Translations under genes and position numbers: made by a program
Part shown: positions 16,560 through 34,948 of the stretch, piece by piece
Layout of the letters: the number at the start of each line of letters is the position of its first letter
Numbering within the stretch: position 1 is the first letter of the stretch
Origin: the human T2T-CHM13v2.0 reference genome, Homo sapiens
Assembly: GCF_009914755.1 (NCBI RefSeq)
Contig: NC_060926.1
DNA: 64,000 nucleotides
Reading direction: 5' to 3' (one strand)
The notes under the pieces: generated by a model
The model's input: only the letters and a program-made list of their open reading frames with translations
What the model was told of the DNA's origin: nothing
Database searches by the model: none

Positions 16560-18148
16560 CTATCGATTCTGAAGTATCTAGAAGGTGGACAGTGTTCTCT
16601 ACCTGTGAAAGATTACTTCCATCAGTGGGCACAGTGGGTGTGGTACCCCAGCACCCTCTCTTTGATGGTATATCTGGCTGGCATGGTTTTTTGTTTGTTT
16701 GGGCTTGCTTGTTTGATTTTCAAGTGTGAATGCCTTTAAGCAGGTCATGATACTCCAGTTCACAGCAGGCCCTATGGCTTGCTTATTCATTGATTCCTTA
16801 ATTGTTTATTAAGCACATACTATGTGCCAGAAAATATTCGAAGGGCTGAGGATTCCCCAGTTAGCAAATCAGACAAAACCCAAAAAACTCCCTGTGCTCA
16901 AGGTACTCACACTCTAGGGCATCTTCCAGCTTTGTCCCTGTCCAGTTTCTCCCACTTTCCTCCCTGCCTGCCTATGAACATCTCAGGCTGGGCCTTGTTC
17001 TGAGGAAGGAATGTATGGATCTAGGATCCGTTAGAGTAACTTTTACCAGTCTTTTTACTTTGCTGCTTTCATTTCATCACTACTGAAAGTAATGTGCCAT
17101 ATAAAAAGACAGTATAAAGGATTCACCAATATATTGATTTAGTAGAAATACTTTATTAAGAAAAATGGGCAGTGTTGACTTTAAAACATTCTTGAAAAAT
17201 GCTTTATGGAGGTGATGTGTTCTCTGATGTCGGCATGACAGTTTCAAAGGCTGGAAACTATTTACTGAGGGAAAGTGGTGTGTAAAACACCAAGTAGCAT
17301 CTTTGGGCCAATGTAGACCAAAAAGATCACATCCTAAGATGATTAGAAATCTTCCATGCAGAATGTTTGGACATGGTGGAAAATGTCTAAGCTTTGATTG
17401 CACAGAACCCCAGAATCAGAAAAACTTTTAAAAGTTAGTTTTAGGAAGAATTATTTCTCATTATGGATATTAGACATTATGTCAAGCAGTTAAACTGGCT
17501 AAAAACATAAACCATACTATGAAGGTTCTCAGTAGGGCTAATGGATGAAATTCCCTTAACTGTTGGTTACAGAGATGTGATGGAGGTGCCTTTCCAGGTC
17601 TCCATCATGGAGGATAAGTGTTTGCCATCGAATGCCTTGACACGTCTGCTCACAGGTCTTCACCCAGGTTTGGGGATGGTGCCCATGTCCAGTTTTTAGA
17701 CCAGACAGTATAAGATGGCTTCTCCTTCCATAAAATCCTCCTGAATGTTCTTCCATTAAATACTCCAGAAGTATTTACTGATGGAGCTAAGATTTAGATG
17801 ATACTAACCTGAACCAGATTTTTTTTTTTTTTTAAAGCAGCCTAGGGCTGAAATAGGCTCAAAATCTGCCACTTCCTAGCTGAGAGGAGCAGGCATGTCA
17901 CAGCCCACTCAGACTCAGCCTCCTCCCTCAGCAATTGGGGGCTACAGCAGCTGCCCCCCTTGCTCACGGAGGACAGAGGGGGCAGGGTGTGCCAAGACGC
18001 CTTGCACGACCTTACCCTCTTATTTTGGGGGGATGAACACTGGTTCCTGGTGGGGGATGGTGCAGGCTGACATTCTTTTCTCTGTAACCATAGTGCTTCC
18101 ACACATTCCTCACTCCTCCCCTCATCCAGCAAGAAAACACGGTGCTTA

Positions 18149-18397
<249 letters not shown>

Positions 18398-18776
18398 CTA
18401 TGAAGCTGAGAGAAGAAAGAAATAGAATACTTCTTTTCCTACTTATTTTCTCAAACTGCTACTGGCTTGGAGTAAGTGAGCGAACAGTTATATACAGAAT
18501 TGTATCAAACCCATGTGACAGCTGTCAATCAACAGAGCTCAGAACTGCATGGCTGCTCTGATTTCTGTTTCCCTCTTTCTAACCCCTAATGGTTTGGCGA
18601 CTTCATTCCTTGTTCCTCCATGCTATGCTAAATATGCATCAAAGTTGGTAGGTCTGGTCCCATATAAGAGTTTTCATACTTCTTTTGGTACATCCCCAAC
18701 TTGGATGGTTCTAGGCCTTGGTTATTATCTTTTACATTATTTGTGGCACTTATATCTCCATGCCTTCCTCTTCTCA

Positions 18777-20006
<1,230 letters not shown>

Positions 20007-21442
20007 TAAAGCACCCAATTCTGTGGTATGTGCACTCCACAAGCGAAAGCTCTTTCCAGGAACATATAATAGACTTGGAGAGAGAAAATGTACACCTACA
20101 AGACAGTTCAAAGTGCAAGGCAGTCTGTGATTACCCAACAAAATACAAAATGAGGCATCCAGTGCAAATGAGATGGAGGAAAGTGAGCTAGTGATGGGGC
20201 CGCAGAGAGGCTGGGAAGGCCACAGGGAGGAGACTGAATATGACGCCGGGAAGGAATGGTAGGGTTTGGCTAGATTTGGGGAGGATGCTGAGGGTGTGAG
20301 TGTGCCCATGAGAGTGTGTGAGAGTGAATCTCTGCAGGTGCAAAGGCCCGCTGGCTGGCAGGAGCAAGGTGTGCTTAGAGGTCAGTAGGGGACCAGCCTG
20401 GCTGGAGCAGAGTGTCTCCTCTTGGGAAATCGTCAACAGGAAAGATAGGGTTGGGCAAGAGGACAATGAATGAATAATGCTGTAAACTTTAGATGCTGGA
20501 TTCAGGCAGAAAATCTCTTTCTCCTTAAAAATCTGATGCTCTTCTCCAAGAGTGGCCATTCATTGGCTTCTCCAGATGACCAGAACTGTCCATCAGACTC
20601 AGATTGTGTGGACAAGAGCTGTACCTTCCGCTGCCCTCCTCTATTTTCTGATACGTAGGGGTTATTCCTCCTGTACCCCAGTGTACATAGGCAGTGGTCT
20701 TCACGTAAATAAGTGTTTAATAGGTGACACTGGTAGCATTGGAAGAGGGGTACTGTTACTGTTTAAACATCTTCAGTATTCTGAAGGTCACTGGAAATGC
20801 CTTCTTCATTTCCAGCACCTGCCTCAATCTCAGTTATGAACACTGGAGGAGACTAAAACTGGAATTACTAGGTGGGAAGATGTCCCTTTGGACTTCATTC
20901 ATTTAAGATGGAACAACCACATGATCTCTTTTAGAAAAGAAAACAAAGTTTTCCATCTCTTGCCTGAGAGCTTCAAGCTTTCCAAAACAGGAGATCATCC
21001 AAGCAAGAAAAGTTATTCTTTGAAAACATCAAATCATGGTGACTTTAGAGTCTTACGTGCAGATAATAGTTTCTGTGTTGTACAGTTTCAGAGAAAGCAT
21101 TCATTTCGGCAGATACATGTGAAGAACACAAGTGTTTTTGAAAAGAGATTTGATCCTGGGACCAAGCCAAGGGTTTGTCAGGCTAACAAGAGAAAAATGC
21201 AAATCTAGATTTTACTTTTTAAAGGAAAAAAAAATACTACCGCCCACTGCCTCCACTGGCTCTAGTTACTATTCAAACCTTAGGACTAAATTGAAATATT
21301 CATTTGTCTAGGGCTTTTTCCCAGTCAGGCATTATTGGTTGAAGTCATACTTTATTGGGCTATGAACATTTGATTATATAAACATTTCTCCATTGAACAG
21401 ACCCGGCCATCCTTGTAATAGATTTTATAATTACCCCAGCTA

Positions 21443-21604
<162 letters not shown>

Positions 21605-22999
21605 TCATTATGGCTTAAGTGCAACGTCTTTTTAAAATATTCCTTCCTTTCACTCAAACTTAAGGCACAATTTAAAAACTCTGCTTAATGCGGAATTAAG
21701 TGTGTTTTTTGCCTTTCCAAACTACTGCCTGTATGTCAAATACCACAATACATTTTCTCTTAAGTTAGCAATTCGAAACACACTCAACATACGCCAGTAG
21801 TCTCTATTTACAGTGGATTTAACATGGCCCCCTAGGGCCTAATTTGTGAATATATTTTTTTATTGTATGGTTAAAAAAAAAGCGAGAAATCTTATTTTAG
21901 GTAATATTTACATAAAACAATCCCCTTTTAATGTAAAGATTGTAAATATACCTCATAATAATTGTATGGCTATATATGGGTGAGTATATTTATGTATCCT
22001 TATGAAAATAAGTGTCATTTATATGCATATCTAGTACCTAGAGTTTTATGTATATATTGAATTATCTTAAAGCCTCACAGTGAAAAATAAAAAGAGGTAA
22101 TGTTGGATGATTACATTCCAGTTGTAATGAAGTTAATTGTAAAATGATGTCTACCTTGTAACAATGCAAACATGCCATGTATTCTCTAGAGTTCTGATTA
22201 GCTAGCTGGTAAACATTAACAGCAGACATGTGGATTATTAAAGCAATAACCCTGGCCAGCGGTGACTCTGCCGGGAGATGAAGGTAACTCATCCAGAGAC
22301 TGATTTGAGTGTGTGTAATGAGGCCCAGTTACGCTAAGGTACTCATTAGACAGTATCTTTAAGTGTTTAGCCCGATAGATTAAAAAAATGACATTTTTAG
22401 GCACCGGCAGCATAAACTTTATATAATCAATAAACTTGACCTATTCATGAATATCAAATATAAGCCAGGACTCTCTGAACGGGAGATTCGACGGAAGTAG
22501 TGATATTAATCATGGACTGTTTAGCCAATGATTACATGCTTATTTTGAACTGCCTTATTTCAGATCCTAATGGGTCTTTTACCTTATTGTAATATTAGGT
22601 AGTCAGAACATTCATGTATCCAAAGAGGTCAAAACGCTTAGAAAAGCAATGTGTGACAATGACATTGCATTTTAATCAAACAAACCAGAATCACAGCATA
22701 GTTTTGGGGTCAAAATGTTTCCTCACCCCATCCCCATGCCCCCCTCTGAGGGCTGGAGCCGTCCATTCATTGTGGTGGGTCTTTCACTGAGGGTGAGGCC
22801 TGAGGTCTCCTTCCTAGGAAGGCCCTGCTCCTGCCACTCCGTTTTCTCTCTTGCATCTCCTGGGTGCCCATGCTTTCTCCATATGAATGGCTTTGTTGTT
22901 GCCTTGGTGAGTTTTCCTTCTTTGTCCACATATTGACACATATTGTAAGAATGTCCATATATTGTCTGGTCTTTGGTTCCAACTCTGGCAATTGATGTT

Positions 23000-23278
23000 A
23001 TTTTTGTTGTTGTTTTTTGAGAAAGGTTCTCACTCTGTCGCCTAGGCTGGAGGGCAGTGGTACAATCACCCATACTGCAGCATCAACCACCTGGGGTTAA
23101 GCGACCCTCCCACCACAGCCTCCCAGGTAGCTGGGACTACAGGTGTGTGCCACTATGCCTGGCTAACTTTTTGTATTTTTAGTGGAGACGGGGTTTTGCC
23201 ATGTTGCAAAGGCTGGTCTTGAACTCCTGAGGTCAAGTGATCCACCTGCCTCGGCCTCCCAAAGTGCTGGGATTACAT
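23000..23278 (-). mobile_element. Alu (AluJ-like)
   Basis: Alu consensus. Confidence 0.9.
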
Positions 23279-24956
23279 GGCTTCCATCACATCACCATCC
23301 TGCTCACAGACCTAAAATCAATCTCCAGGGTCTACGAGATAAAATCTCAGTTCAGATCCCCAATAATCTTGCCCAACCCACTTAATCATATTGCTTACTC
23401 ACGAAGGCCCTTGACCAAAGTCAGAGGTGGCTCCTCATTGTCTTGATAACATGGCATCCTGGTCCGAGGAGCTCTGCTCATCACTTCCCCCACCTGGAAC
23501 ACTCTCCTCTCTGTTCATTCACTGAGTGCCTTCTAGGAGCCGAATGTTGCCTGGCCCTCAATTTCCCCCGCCGTAAGGCGTTCCGAGTAACCTTGGTCCA
23601 TGTTCCCCTCTGTCCTTCCTGAGCTCACACAGCACTTCTTGTTTACTACACTTGGTATTTCATTATCTTCTGAGCTGTACTGGGCATGTGTGCAACTTGA
23701 TTGCTGGTACGTTTTTAGTAAGGACCATGCTGTAGACTTCTTTGATCTTTCCCACCCTGTAGTTTTTGGCACACGGTAGAAGGTAAGCAGGTCTCCCTTG
23801 AATGAATGGCACTGAATTCATTTTGAGCTTAGAAAAGAGTGGTGCCTTCCGATGGGGTGCAGCATCGCATCCAATGAGCCAGAGAGTGTCTCCATGGCAA
23901 CCTGAAATTCTCCACATCATTATCTGTTCTATACTCTAGTATATAAGTTAGGTCATTTTTTTTTTCTTGCCCTGTTTTGTCACTAACAGTTCACTACTTC
24001 AAATGCATTTCATTAAAGGATTATCTTGGTAATAAGCTATGGTATCTTAGTTTCCACCAGCCTTCTAAGTTACCCTTATGGATGGCAGTGGCTCACAATT
24101 CCTAATATAAGCTCCTTAATCAATATTGTTTTCATCTGCAGCATAGGGGCATATTTTTAAATCCTGATATGGAGGCTGAGTCACAGACTCTCACCATAGC
24201 ACATGTGGGTAAGTAACACACCTAATTTTCTGACCGTATCAGAGCAGCTATAATCAGAGCAGTAACCTGAGATGCTAATAGCATAGGTACCATCTGGAGG
24301 CCACTTAACGAACACATTTGTTAGAACTCTCATCTTTGCATAGAATGGAGGGCTCACTATAATGAGTCACTGAAGATTGCCTGATGATTGGCCCATTTTC
24401 TCCTTTCGAGTGATTTCTAGTGCTGTACTTCCAGAGCAGATCATTATAAAGCCAGCAGGACCAATGGGATGTCACCCAGTGTCCAGCCTTGCCACGAATC
24501 ACAAAGGCATCCCTTCTGACAGCAATACACAAGTCAGTAGGAAAAGTAAAATTGCTTGTCACCATTGTGACAGTTATAGAATATAATACAGCAAAGGTAC
24601 TAAAATGAGATCTTATCTGAGTGTTCAAATAGATTTTCCATCTAATCTTCTATTTTTTTTTTAACATGGAAAACCTAGAGTTTTCATTTTTCATTTGTGT
24701 AATAAAATTCTTCCCATTGTTTCCCACAGTGATGGTATTTTATGATGACACATGAGCAAACCTAATAAAAGTTTAATTAAACACCATAAATGGAACTAAC
24801 TGTGAATCATGGGCTCTTCAGAAACGGGGCTTGAGTGATCTGAAAGCCAGAGCTTAGCTGCATGCATCTTCATTATGAGAGCTCTCTCCAACAAAAGCAT
24901 TCTGAGCACTTGATCCAAATAGAATGTTTTCTTTTCTTCTCTTCCCCCTCCCACCA

Positions 24957-24973
24957 CCCCCCCCCCCCCCCCC
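24957..24973 (+). repeat. C17 homopolymer (G17 on the AFF3 sense strand)
   Basis: Read directly. Confidence 0.95.
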
Positions 24974-27924
24974 ACCTAGAAACACACGGTCTTGGTTCTC
25001 AGCAGCATCAGGGTTTGAGCTACCCCCATATTTCTTCTGGCATGGGAATATTAAAGCAACCTTGCTTTTTGTTCTCCTTTGTGGCCGGGATAGAGTTGAA
25101 TGGTCTCCCACGGAGAGCCTGGCAGACTCCTTTCTGTAATTCCTACCTCTGTGAAATGCCGCCCTCAGTAGAGCCAGCCTGTTTTGTGAAAACTGGCAGG
25201 GATGAGAGCTCAATGTGTTTGAACAACAAGTTCCTCGGCGCGGCAGAAATTGGATGATTTTCTTAGGGAAGTTGAAATCCAAATCAGACAAATAGGCAAC
25301 TGCATACCAAATGAATTCATCATCTGCTATCCGATATGTCAGCTTGTCATCTGATAAGCCCCAGAGGTGTTAATATGTCCCAAGCTTTGAGGAGAATGCA
25401 TAAGAAATTAAGTAATTATTTTTAATACACAGAGTCAGTGAAGACTATGGATGAGGGCACTTCAGAGTCAGCCACTCCAGGATGCTGGCACTGCCTTTAT
25501 AGGCACTTCCCCACAGATCCAGGTAGATTGCATTTGGGTAGCAAGGATTCAAACACAGCTTTTATTTCCACAACTTTGATGTCGGCTGGGGCTCAGAGTC
25601 CCTGGAACCGGGCTTCTCCCAGGCACAAGCGGTCATTCACTGTTTCTTCAGGCCACAGGACTGCTTCCCTCTCAGCCGGCCACAGAAGGCAGGGTTTGCT
25701 CTGCAGGACGCTCAGGCTAAGTGGGGCGGGTGTTGAATCAAAAGTAACTTTCTGTTGAAATGGGAAATTATCAATCTGATGGTTGTTTTTCTCTGAGTGT
25801 GACATTTAAAATAATCTTACAAAACCCTAAAGATGATTGGACAGCTGAGATTTCAATCCAGGAGATCTGAATGTCCTTGTCTCCGCACCCTGTCCCCCGC
25901 ACCCCTTTGCAAATCCTACTTCATTTCTTTCTCTCTCTCTCTCACTCACTCTTACTCTCTCACTCTGTTTTGGTTAGAACAAAAGAAGCTCCTGGCCTTG
26001 AGACAGGGATTTCATAATGGGAGAAATTCCATATGAAGACCAATAAAGGCTTAATGATTAATCAGGAAAACAAAAAGGTAGGGTCCCTGCTTTGAAAGGA
26101 CTAGGAGAGGAGACCCTCAAGAGAACATGCCCACTGCAAGCCCCTGGTGGGGGAGCGCCTTCCCAGCTGCAATTTCGCCTACTCAAGGATCTTAATTGGT
26201 GTCCTTTGACTAAATCATGCTGCTAGGGATTCAACCTTTTACAATATGCGAGTATTCCCATCCTCTATAAAATTAAAATCCTTTAGCTCTGAGACTGCTG
26301 TGCAAGTACATTACAAATGTCAAGTCCCTCTTCCTTCCTCCCGGCCACATTTCACATGCCATGGCCTTCAGCGCCTGGCGTCTATAGTCAGTCTTTCCTC
26401 ACTGTCGGGAGGTTCAGGTAGCCGGGCTCCTGTTACGGGCACCATGGGGACAGAAGGGACGTTTGGTGGTTTGGCTGAATGTGCTGATTGTGACTGACTT
26501 TTCCATGTGACATACAGGCAGCAGCCAGCACTTCCTCCAGGGAGCGGCAGGCAGCCCTGGCACCTGGGGTTCTCTGGCTTCCTAGCACAGCAGAACGGTG
26601 GGCAGGATGGAGGAGGTGGTTTTCCAGCCAAGCATCTCACCACCACTTAGCCCTGTTCAGGACTTCTGTACGGAGGCCTTCATGACACAGTTGTTCTCTC
26701 TCAATTTTCCCCAGCCAAGAATTCCCCTGTCACTAATTATGATACCAAGTAACTTACAGCTCATGGCTTTGCACTAATAAGATCAGTTTCTAGGCCTCAA
26801 GTTGAATCAAGTGTTGTCATTCATTGACACAAATTCTTACAGATCCGTTTTTTAAACAAAAGTTTGATAACCACACTAGTGTCACCTTAATACTGTGGCT
26901 GTCAAGTAGTGAATGTTGTGCGTTTGCTTAATGTCAGGGGAGGAGGTGAGGTCACACTGCCACCAATATGAGCCCACAACATACAAAGGACAGGCTGACC
27001 TGATTACATTTTTAAAAATAAATGTTATTCTTCTCAGTTCTGTCTGTATCCCAAAGGAACTAACTGGTGCCTGTTTACAGGCATTATAGGGATTACAGGC
27101 ACATGCTAACACGCCCGGCTGATTTTTTGGTAAGTAACCTAGGAAAACGGGCTTGGAAACCCATTAATTTACATTCACCTGCATGTAGATTCCTTATAGT
27201 CATAGAAAAAAAAAATTGCAGGCACTCTTCCCTGGGAATGTAATTTATAATTCAGCTGGGTTCATTCAACACTTGTTATTGAGAGCCTACTGGCTTCAGC
27301 TGTTGTCTGAATCCCATGTTTATTCAACCATTAACAAGTATTTATAATACAAAGAGATGAGTTTACTTTTTTAAAAAAGCTGCATGATGCGGCTTTAAAA
27401 ATTAAATGACAGTGTGGCATCTGTTACTTTTTGGATCACTGTAACTGGATTTCCATCAACTCGAAATCACTCCAGTGTTAATTATCTAGTCTTTTCTTCC
27501 ACTGGTGGCCTCTCTTTGGTCATTTCACTGCTTGTTTTTACAAATGGCTGAAGTTCACTCTTCACCCTCGGTGAAGAGAAGTCAAGGGAGGTGACAGGGC
27601 TGAGGTCTTCCTCTGTCACTGAGGCTGCTGGTGGGGAAGCTGGCACAGAATGGAGGTGGGCAGGAAGGAGGCCGAGAATTAAATTTAGTAATCCTAGGAA
27701 ACCTTCCTGGAGAGGTCATCATGTGCCTCTCTCTCCCCTGAAGAACTGAAAATTAATTAATCATTATACTTCAGCTCTTGTGCCTGTACTTGGCACTTAG
27801 TAAGTGCTCCATATGTACCAAAAGGAACCTGGGAGACGTTTTGCACAATTTTAGGTGACATTCTAGCCCAGTGATCTCTTGAAGGTTGCTTATTTTTACT
27901 GCTTAAAGGAAGAGACGATGCCTA

Positions 27925-28228
<304 letters not shown>

Positions 28229-28596
28229 ATTTTTGCTTTTCAAGCTTGAAGAATCTTTCCACAACTTTCTTAGTTCGATGGTTGAGTGGCTGTTTGAGTT
28301 GCATGTTTATTTTACTGTTATGGATTTCAAATCAGTTGGGACATATGGCAATTGGAATGCGACATCTATCTCTCCATATGATGGATATGTAACAGTGTTT
28401 TTTTATTCTATTATATCTATATCCATAAAAGGAGAAACAGTTTCATTGTAGCTGTCAGCCAGGAAAATTATACACATTGCTAATGGGAAGAACAAATGAT
28501 AACAGCCTCTTTGTTGACACCAATAGTGACAAGATTATATTAGTTTCAGCCATAGCAGATTAAGAAACATTTCCTCTTATAAAAAGTCCAAGGGCT

Positions 28597-29203
28597 GCCA
28601 GCCACGGTGGCTCACGCCTATAATCCTGCACTTTGGGAGGCTGGGGTGGGAGGGTTGTTTGAGGCCAGGAGTTCGAGACCAGCCTGGACAACATAGTGAG
28701 ACATGATTTTTTTTTTTTTTGAGACACAGTCTCGCTGTTGCCCAGGCTGAAGAGTGGTAGCACGATCTCAGCTTACTGCAGCCTCCACCTCCCAGGTTCA
28801 AGCAATTCTCTGCCTCAGCCTCCGGAGTAGCTGAGATTACAGGTGCCTGCCACCACACCTGGCTAATTGTTGTATTTTTAGTAGAGACAAGATTTCACCA
28901 TCTTGGCCAGGCTGGTCTTGAACTCCTGACCTAGTGATTCACCTGCCCCAGTCTCCCAAAGTGCTGGGATTACAGGTGTGAGCCACTGCGCCCAGCCGTG
29001 AGACGCTTTTTCTACAAAAAAAAAAAAAAAAATTTAACTGGGTGTGGTAGCATGCATCTGTAGACCCAGCTACTCAGGAGGCTGAGGCAAGAAGATAGCG
29101 TAAGCCCAGGAGTTTGAGGCTGCACTGAGCCATGCTCATACCACTGCACTCTAGCCTGCGTGACAGGGCAAGACCCTGTCTCAAAAAAAAAAAAAAAAAA
29201 AAA
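28597..29203. mobile_element. Nested Alus: a (+) AluJ-like element split by a (-) Alu at ~28706-28997
   Basis: The left arm stops at gtgagac, the antisense Alu follows, then gtgagac repeats and the host Alu resumes. Confidence 0.88.
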
Positions 29204-30992
29204 GTCCAAGTACCTGTAGATCAAAGTACAATCATTTAGTTGTTGCTGTTTCTGACCTAGCTTTCTGGTTCATACACTGGAAAATTCCTTGCATTTTAAT
29301 ATGACATATGTGTTTGTATTTTGTGTGTATATACCATGCTCTCAAAACCACCCACTGCAAGTATGCGGTGGTGTGAGTACCTCAGGGTCTAATGCTCCTT
29401 CTGTTTGATCATGTTGTTGGGTTATGACTTCCAAATGCAAATTTCTATGTTATCCTTATATACAATTTTAATCTCTTCTTTTTACAAATGGCTGAAGTTC
29501 ACATGAACAATTTATATCACTGAACCCTAATTATAAATGTAGTTGGCCACCTGACTGTACTCCCACTCCATGCCCTCCCTGGGGGGTTAATCACCACCTA
29601 CCTCCCTGGCTGCTTGGCAAAGGCGATGAAGACAGTGAGAGGAAGCGGGGTGGTGAGGGCCAGGAGTGTGTGTGGGGTGGGACGCAGCTGCCACCACAGG
29701 AAGAGAAGAAACACACATGCCCTCCTGGGCTGCCCTCAAGCCTTCCTAAACCCAGTTACCTTGGAATGTGTTCATTTAACAAAACAAACAACAAATGTGG
29801 ATTTGGCTTTCACCCCCAAAACCCTGTGCCCTAATTAGCTTACAGGAGTTCATGCAATACTTGAAGACTAAAACTTAGTATTTTAAATTTCCCAGGGAAT
29901 TGTACAGAGGTGAATAAATAGATCATGCCGAGACTCCGGGTGGCAGTTAGGGATGGAGGAGCGGGGCGGACGATGAGGCTGGAGTAGCCACCCCTGCATG
30001 GTGCTTTCTGTGCTCCATGTGACACCCCTTAGGAGACGGCATTTAATGGATCCTAGGAGGGCCCCGCTGAGCGAGCTGTGGCATTTGTCACTGGGACTCT
30101 TGGACATGTAGAGCCATTTTATTTTCCAGTGTCCAGTGGGGTTAGTGGTTTGTAGTCTGCTCCTCAGCTGGACTGGAAGCCCTCAGAGGGCAGAAGTGCC
30201 TATTTCTGCTGCTGCTCCACCCCAGAGCTGAATTTTTCCTTGTTCACCCAGCCATGTATTTGACGCCCGTAGGACTGCTAAAGCTGAAAAGAGGATTCTT
30301 CTGCCTTCCAGGCTTGTCCTTGACACATACATTTTCCCTACGAGCCGAAATAATTTTCAGCATCATTTTATCATTTCTCATTTGTCATTTTCAGCCTCTC
30401 GAGAGCATTCCAGGATGTTGTTTTTATTCATCTTCTCCTCTTGTTTTTCCTCCTTTTAAAATGATGCTGGGAATGGAAGTTATACTTGTGTGAAACTGAA
30501 AGTGCTAGAATTGGGTGAAGGATGATGGCATTTTTCTTCCTATATAAGAATCATTTATACTATGATAAAGAATATAGCAGTTGGAGGAAAAAAGCTTTCA
30601 GGAGTAAAACACTATTATTCATTGCCTATTATAATTTACAAAAACAACAATGCTTCTCTTTCTAGTAGCATAAAACCGCCAACAGCCCAAGTACAAGTGC
30701 TTAGAAGTGTAAGACTCATTAATGCTATTTGCCTTTGTTTTTTGATGTCCTGGATCCAACCCCATTAGCACTGATTATTCCGTCTACCCAAAAACCCCAC
30801 CAGGACTCAGGCGTGCACTCAAAATTAAGGCTCCAATTCCATTCAAGAGGGACATTTAAATGACCAAGTCCCAGGGGAAAAAAAGGCCGCACTGTAGCTG
30901 AAGGTGGCCACACCAAGGTGCCCATGCCCCTTCCACCTGAGCAGCTTCTGTTCTGTCTTGCCCCTCACCACATTTAAAAGCGTCTGAACTTA

Positions 30993-31118
<126 letters not shown>

Positions 31119-31489
31119 CTAAACAACAAACAACACACATCTTTGAGAAATTGGCCACCTGGTGAAGCGAGCAGCCCATCACATACATACATACGTAGAA
31201 TATCTTTGGCTCTACAGAACATCTTTGTGTGCTGTATTAGAATTGATGGTGATTTTGTCTCAATAAAGAAATACATGCATTCTAGGTATTTGCTGAGGGC
31301 TTCTACCTGTGTTCTCAACTGTCATTCTTATGACACTATCAAAAGGGAAGTCATGACGCCTACTCTCACAGATCCAGAAACAGGCTTGGTGAGGTTCAGC
31401 AAGTTGCCCACACTCAGTGACTGTGGTGGAGGCCAGGGGTTAGGGTTTAGATGCCCACTTTTCCCAGTCCGCTAGACTGGAGGCTGGCC

Positions 31490-31670
31490 AGTTCAGTCTT
31501 CATCAGCATCCTCCAGGGGGCTGGTGAAAACACAGATTGCCAGGCCCCACCCTGAGAGTCTGGGATTCAGCAGGGCTGGGGTGGGGACCTAGAATCTGCC
31601 TTTCCATCTGGTTCCCGGTGATGCGGATGCTGTAATCACCCATGATCCTGGAACCACGCTTTCAGAACCA
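31490..31670. mobile_element. MER5A-like hAT DNA transposon relic (MIR fragment just upstream)
   Basis: cagattgccaggccccaccctgagagtctgggattcagcagggctggggtggggacctagaatctgc. Confidence 0.7.
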
Positions 31671-31768
31671 TTCACTCATCTCAACAGTCAACCAGTCACT
31701 CATCTCACAGGTTTGCTGGTTCTTGTTGGCTGTCTGTGAAGACCAGAAGGAGTCAACAGGAATCACTA

Positions 31769-32385
<617 letters not shown>

Positions 32386-32904
32386 AATATATATGTATAC
32401 ATATGTGTGTGTGTATATATATATATATGGAACACACTAGTCTGTGGAAAAGTTTTAAAAATCACATTACTTGGGATACAGACATTTACATGGCACCTAT
32501 TGTGTGCCAAACACATGGATCATAAAACAATGTCAGTGGTTAGGAAATGCAAATGGTTTCTCTGAAGTAATTAAATTGAGTGTATACAAATGCTTCTTTA
32601 AATAGGGACTGCTTTTACGTGTAGCACTGTAAGGGTTAGAGTCTACTGTCATAGAAGACCAGGAAGCTCAGATGTCAACATTTTAAAATTGTTCTTAAAC
32701 TCCTCCAGTGGCCTCTGCTTGCTCTTGGTAAAAGGAGCGATCCCAGCCAAGTGGCCCCTCAGCCATTCTTTGCCTGTGGCCTCTGTTCCCCAGATTCATG
32801 AGCGTGTGCAGTTCTTTCTCGGGACCTCTGCACTTGCTGCTTCCTCTGCCTGTAATGCTCTTTGTCTCTTAGTATATGGTGACTTGCCTTTTAGAGATCT
32901 CGCA

Positions 32905-33270
32905 TCAGGGGTCAGCCATCTATGGCCAGGGAGTCAAATCTGGCCCTTTTTTTAAAATAAAGTTTTACTGTAAACCAATCCTGCCTATGTATTTATCTAC
33001 TGTCTGCTTTCCTGCTACAACAGCAGAGTTGAGTAGCTGGGATGGAGACTGTGCAGCCCATAAACCCTTAAATTATTTATCTGACTCTTTACAGCAGCAG
33101 TTCTCAACTGGGGCAAGTTGACAATGCCCGGAGACATTTTTAGTTGTCACCACTGCGAGTGGGTGCTCATAGCATCTACTGGGTGGAGGCCAGGGATGCT
33201 GCCAAACATCCTACGTTGCACAGGACAGCCCCACCACAAGTAATTACTCAGTCCAAAATGTGAAAACCTG
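32905..33270. mobile_element. MER58-like (~32905-33090) and MER20-like (~33095-33270) DNA transposon relics
   Basis: caggggtcagccatctatggcc...caaatctggcc and cagcagttctcaactggggc...ggagacatttttagttgtcac...gaggccagggatgctgccaaacatcctac. Confidence 0.7.
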
Positions 33271-33279
33271 CTTCGCAGA

Positions 33280-33692
<413 letters not shown>

Positions 33693-34072
33693 TCATGCAT
33701 GTGTGTGATCCCCTGTATAAGGCTCTCTCCCTAGAACTGTAAGCTTCATGGGGGCACAAATGGGATCCGCTGGATTGTTATTGCATCTCTGGTGCTCAGC
33801 ACAGTGCCCAGCACGTAATAAGTACTTACCGAATGAGCACCTCTTCGGTGAAAAATAACTAAATAAAATCTACAATTGGTTTATAGTTCTCTGCGTATCA
33901 TAGTTGCTCATGATATAAGGATATAGAGGGAAATAAAAAAACTTGAGTTGGTGGCTTTTTGTTCCATGTTTTTCTAATATAGGTCTTCCCCAATTCTTTC
34001 AGTCTAGAATTAAAGACCACTGCTCCCAAGTGAGGGTGCACAAAAAAGGTTCATTTCCTGAGGATGCTGTAA

Positions 34073-34948
<876 letters not shown>

